In this document: positions 62,050 to 64,000 of the stretch, one piece after another
Position numbering within the stretch: position 1 is the stretch's first letter
Layout of the letters: every line of letters starts with the position of its first letter
NCBI GenBank assembly: GCA_965649825.1
Contig: OZ287696.1
Location: 165,001-229,000 of the forward strand
Source of the DNA: Penicillus capitatus
Lineage: Eukaryota; Plantae; Chlorophyta
Direction: 5' to 3'
Length of the DNA stretch: 64,000 nt
Translations under genes and position numbers: made by a program
Notes under the pieces: model-generated
What the model was told of the DNA's origin: nothing
What the model saw: only the letters and a program-made list of their open reading frames with translations
The model's database searches: none

Positions 62050-63400
62050 CGCATTTCACTTAAAGAGTTTATGTAGTCTGGTTGACAGGTCAGTCTCAAA
62101 GAAGATCATCCTTACGGTTTAGAACAGCTAGGGCACGGGCACGGGCTTGGCTCTGATTTCCCTTACGATTTATTCGGGGAATTTGACATTTCATTCACTA
62201 AGCATTATTCATTCCATACGGTGGGAAAAAAAATAGATACCTGGTCGAATTGGAAAGAATGCTAACGCGGAATTGGCAATGGATATTAATCAGTCAGACC
62301 AGGTCAGAGTGATTCTAAAAAAGTGGATAAAGGAGCGACGGTACACTGTCAAGCAAATCGCTTATTCGCTTGAGAACAATGCAATGAACTGCATTGGTTC
62401 GGCAGTCGCGTTGACCCGCTCGTTTGCTGTCGATTAGCTTTATGCAGATTTTGACGGCGCGTGGGACAGCTCGTTGGCGGAGCATTCCAGCTTGTCTGGT
62501 CTTTCTGTCGCGGAATCGTTTGACGTTACGGCAGACTGCGCATTCGACATTGTGGCAAAAATCAACGATTTCCTTCACATGGATCGAATTTCCCTTGGGA
62601 TTTGTGTTTGTGATTTTACAGGCACGTATGTCTTTAGGAAGAAACTCCAGAATAAGAACAAAAACAAGCACTTGTTTTATTCAACTTTTATGAGCGAAAT
62701 TGTAAAAAAGATAAAATTAGAGAAGAAGAACAGCGAAAAGAAGTTGAAAGATTCAACAAAAAAGAAAGCTTTGTCTGTGTGACGTTCGGTGCCCGAGAGG
62801 CTCATCATGCACAACGATGGCATGAGAGAGAAGTGACCTCATTCTGAATATTTACACGGGAACTGTTCTGTTGTATCCGTCTAACTATGTAAATATACAT
62901 TGCCGACGGAGCTTCCCAGCGCGACCCGCCACCCCGTCCGGACTCGGCCGTCAGGTCGGCGTTCACAGTCTGGACTACCAACGTTAATTCCAGATTGAAG
63001 TGGAAGAACAAAGAAGACATCTTGAGCGAACAAAGGTAGAGTCAAGCGATGGGAGGTACCTTTTAGCAAGTGAGTAGACGGGAGAGAGGAAAAGAAAATA
63101 GTAGGATTATATTATCGTTCTTCACTTAAGGAGTTTATGTGGTTGTGTTGACAGGTCAATTTGTAGGAAGATTATCCATACGCTTTAGAACATTAAGATT
63201 TCCTTTGACATTTATAGCCGAAATTGACAGATCAGTCTTTGATAGGACCGAATTTCCCTTTTCATTCACAAGATTGACAAGTCGCTCGTTGAAGTTTATT
63301 TCATACGCATTAGAACATCCATTGGGGCGGCTGTGACATCGGCACGAGTAGAATTTTCCTTTGAATTAATCCCGGAAATTAACAGGTCATTCATTGTAAA
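62050..63400. repeat. Two patches (about 62050-62200 and 63115-63400) of a degenerate AT-rich repeat family
   Basis: CACTTAA(A/G)GAGTTTATGT..TTGACAGGTCA..GAAGAT(C/T)ATCC(T/A)TACG(G/C)TTTAGAACA occurs in both patches. TTGACA/TTAACA cores recur within the second patch at about 50-105 bp spacing. Confidence 0.6.
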
Positions 63401-64000
63401 GACTATGTACTGTGTTCTCCTTATTTGTAGCCAATCCGATTAGAAGCCAATGTGGGTTTTTACGCTTATTCACAAACTGTCTCAAAACGGACGCCCTCCC
63501 CGATCAGAAGCCCCTTCCTCTGCTCGAAGAAGGTTGAATATACGAGTACCGTATGTCATGAACTCCGCCGAACTAGTCTTTTGTCATTATAGACATGCTG
63601 TTTCGACGTCTTGGTATGGGTCCGAGAATCATGGTCAAAGATATCCCCGGACATTGTCCAGAATGCATCGGAAAGCCCATTCTTGCACAAACGCATACAT
63701 ATGTGTAAACGTGAAACACTGGGAGGTCAGTTTCGCGAAGTCCTCCTATCTAAGCCACAGGAGTCCAATTCGGACGAACGCAAAGATGACATCGACGATG
63801 AGATGCTTCTGCACTGAGCATTTCAGAAGAGTGGTGACTGGTGACTGGTGACTGGTTCCTTGGACAGAAGCCACGACACTGGCGCACTCGTACACAGGTG
63901 CTTCGCGGAATTGCATCAGTGCAATACAAGCCCTGCCTAATTAGAAACCCTGTCTCTGCGAATACTGCTCTATTTTTTCAACAAGACCGGGTTATAAATA

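Noticed and set aside
63832-63853. Short tandem repeats (GGTGACT x3 here; AAAC repeats near 3285; ATGCGT repeats near 47785)
   Set aside because: These are ordinary microsatellites. They are not telomere-type repeats and have no associated structure.

Overview
This is a 64 kb segment of a very compact, intron-rich eukaryotic nuclear genome, most consistent with a green alga (Chlorophyta). The evidence is plant-type ZEP with an FHA domain, CDPK, GluTR-binding protein, class I TPS, BBS1 and TGTAA motifs after several stops. It uses the standard genetic code and has ~47-65 nt introns, several of them GC-AG. About 20 protein-coding genes are supportable: Nup107-like, SLC25A38, GluTRBP, ZEP, BBS1, CDPK, a PAP/OAS1-family nucleotidyltransferase, two tandem small three-repeat proteins, a Kazal mosaic protein, two secreted Asp-rich proteins, MEMO1, ABCE1, RPL13, an LRR receptor-like protein, IRE1, TPS, an EF-hand protein, SEC61A, a secreted Gly-rich protein and a copine/vWA protein. 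The most striking signal is a secreted polyprotein (33393-34302, minus) of 14 acidic peptides, each preceded by RRRLL. RRLL is a site-1-protease-type motif, and the layout parallels diatom silacidin/silaffin precursors. Its neighbour is a secreted poly-Asp/His/Ser-Pro protein, and a Kazal protease-inhibitor mosaic lies next to that. Together they are a candidate processed acidic-peptide (cation-binding or biomineralisation) system. Other notable items are a recent 707-bp host duplication (BBS1 5' end plus CDPK 3' end) bracketing a 3.4 kb insert with a gag-like relic, an IRE1 spliced in frame to two C-terminal CCCH zinc fingers, and an inverted copine pseudogene. Family calls come from motif recognition by eye, not database searches. 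Exon boundaries and several start codons are approximate.
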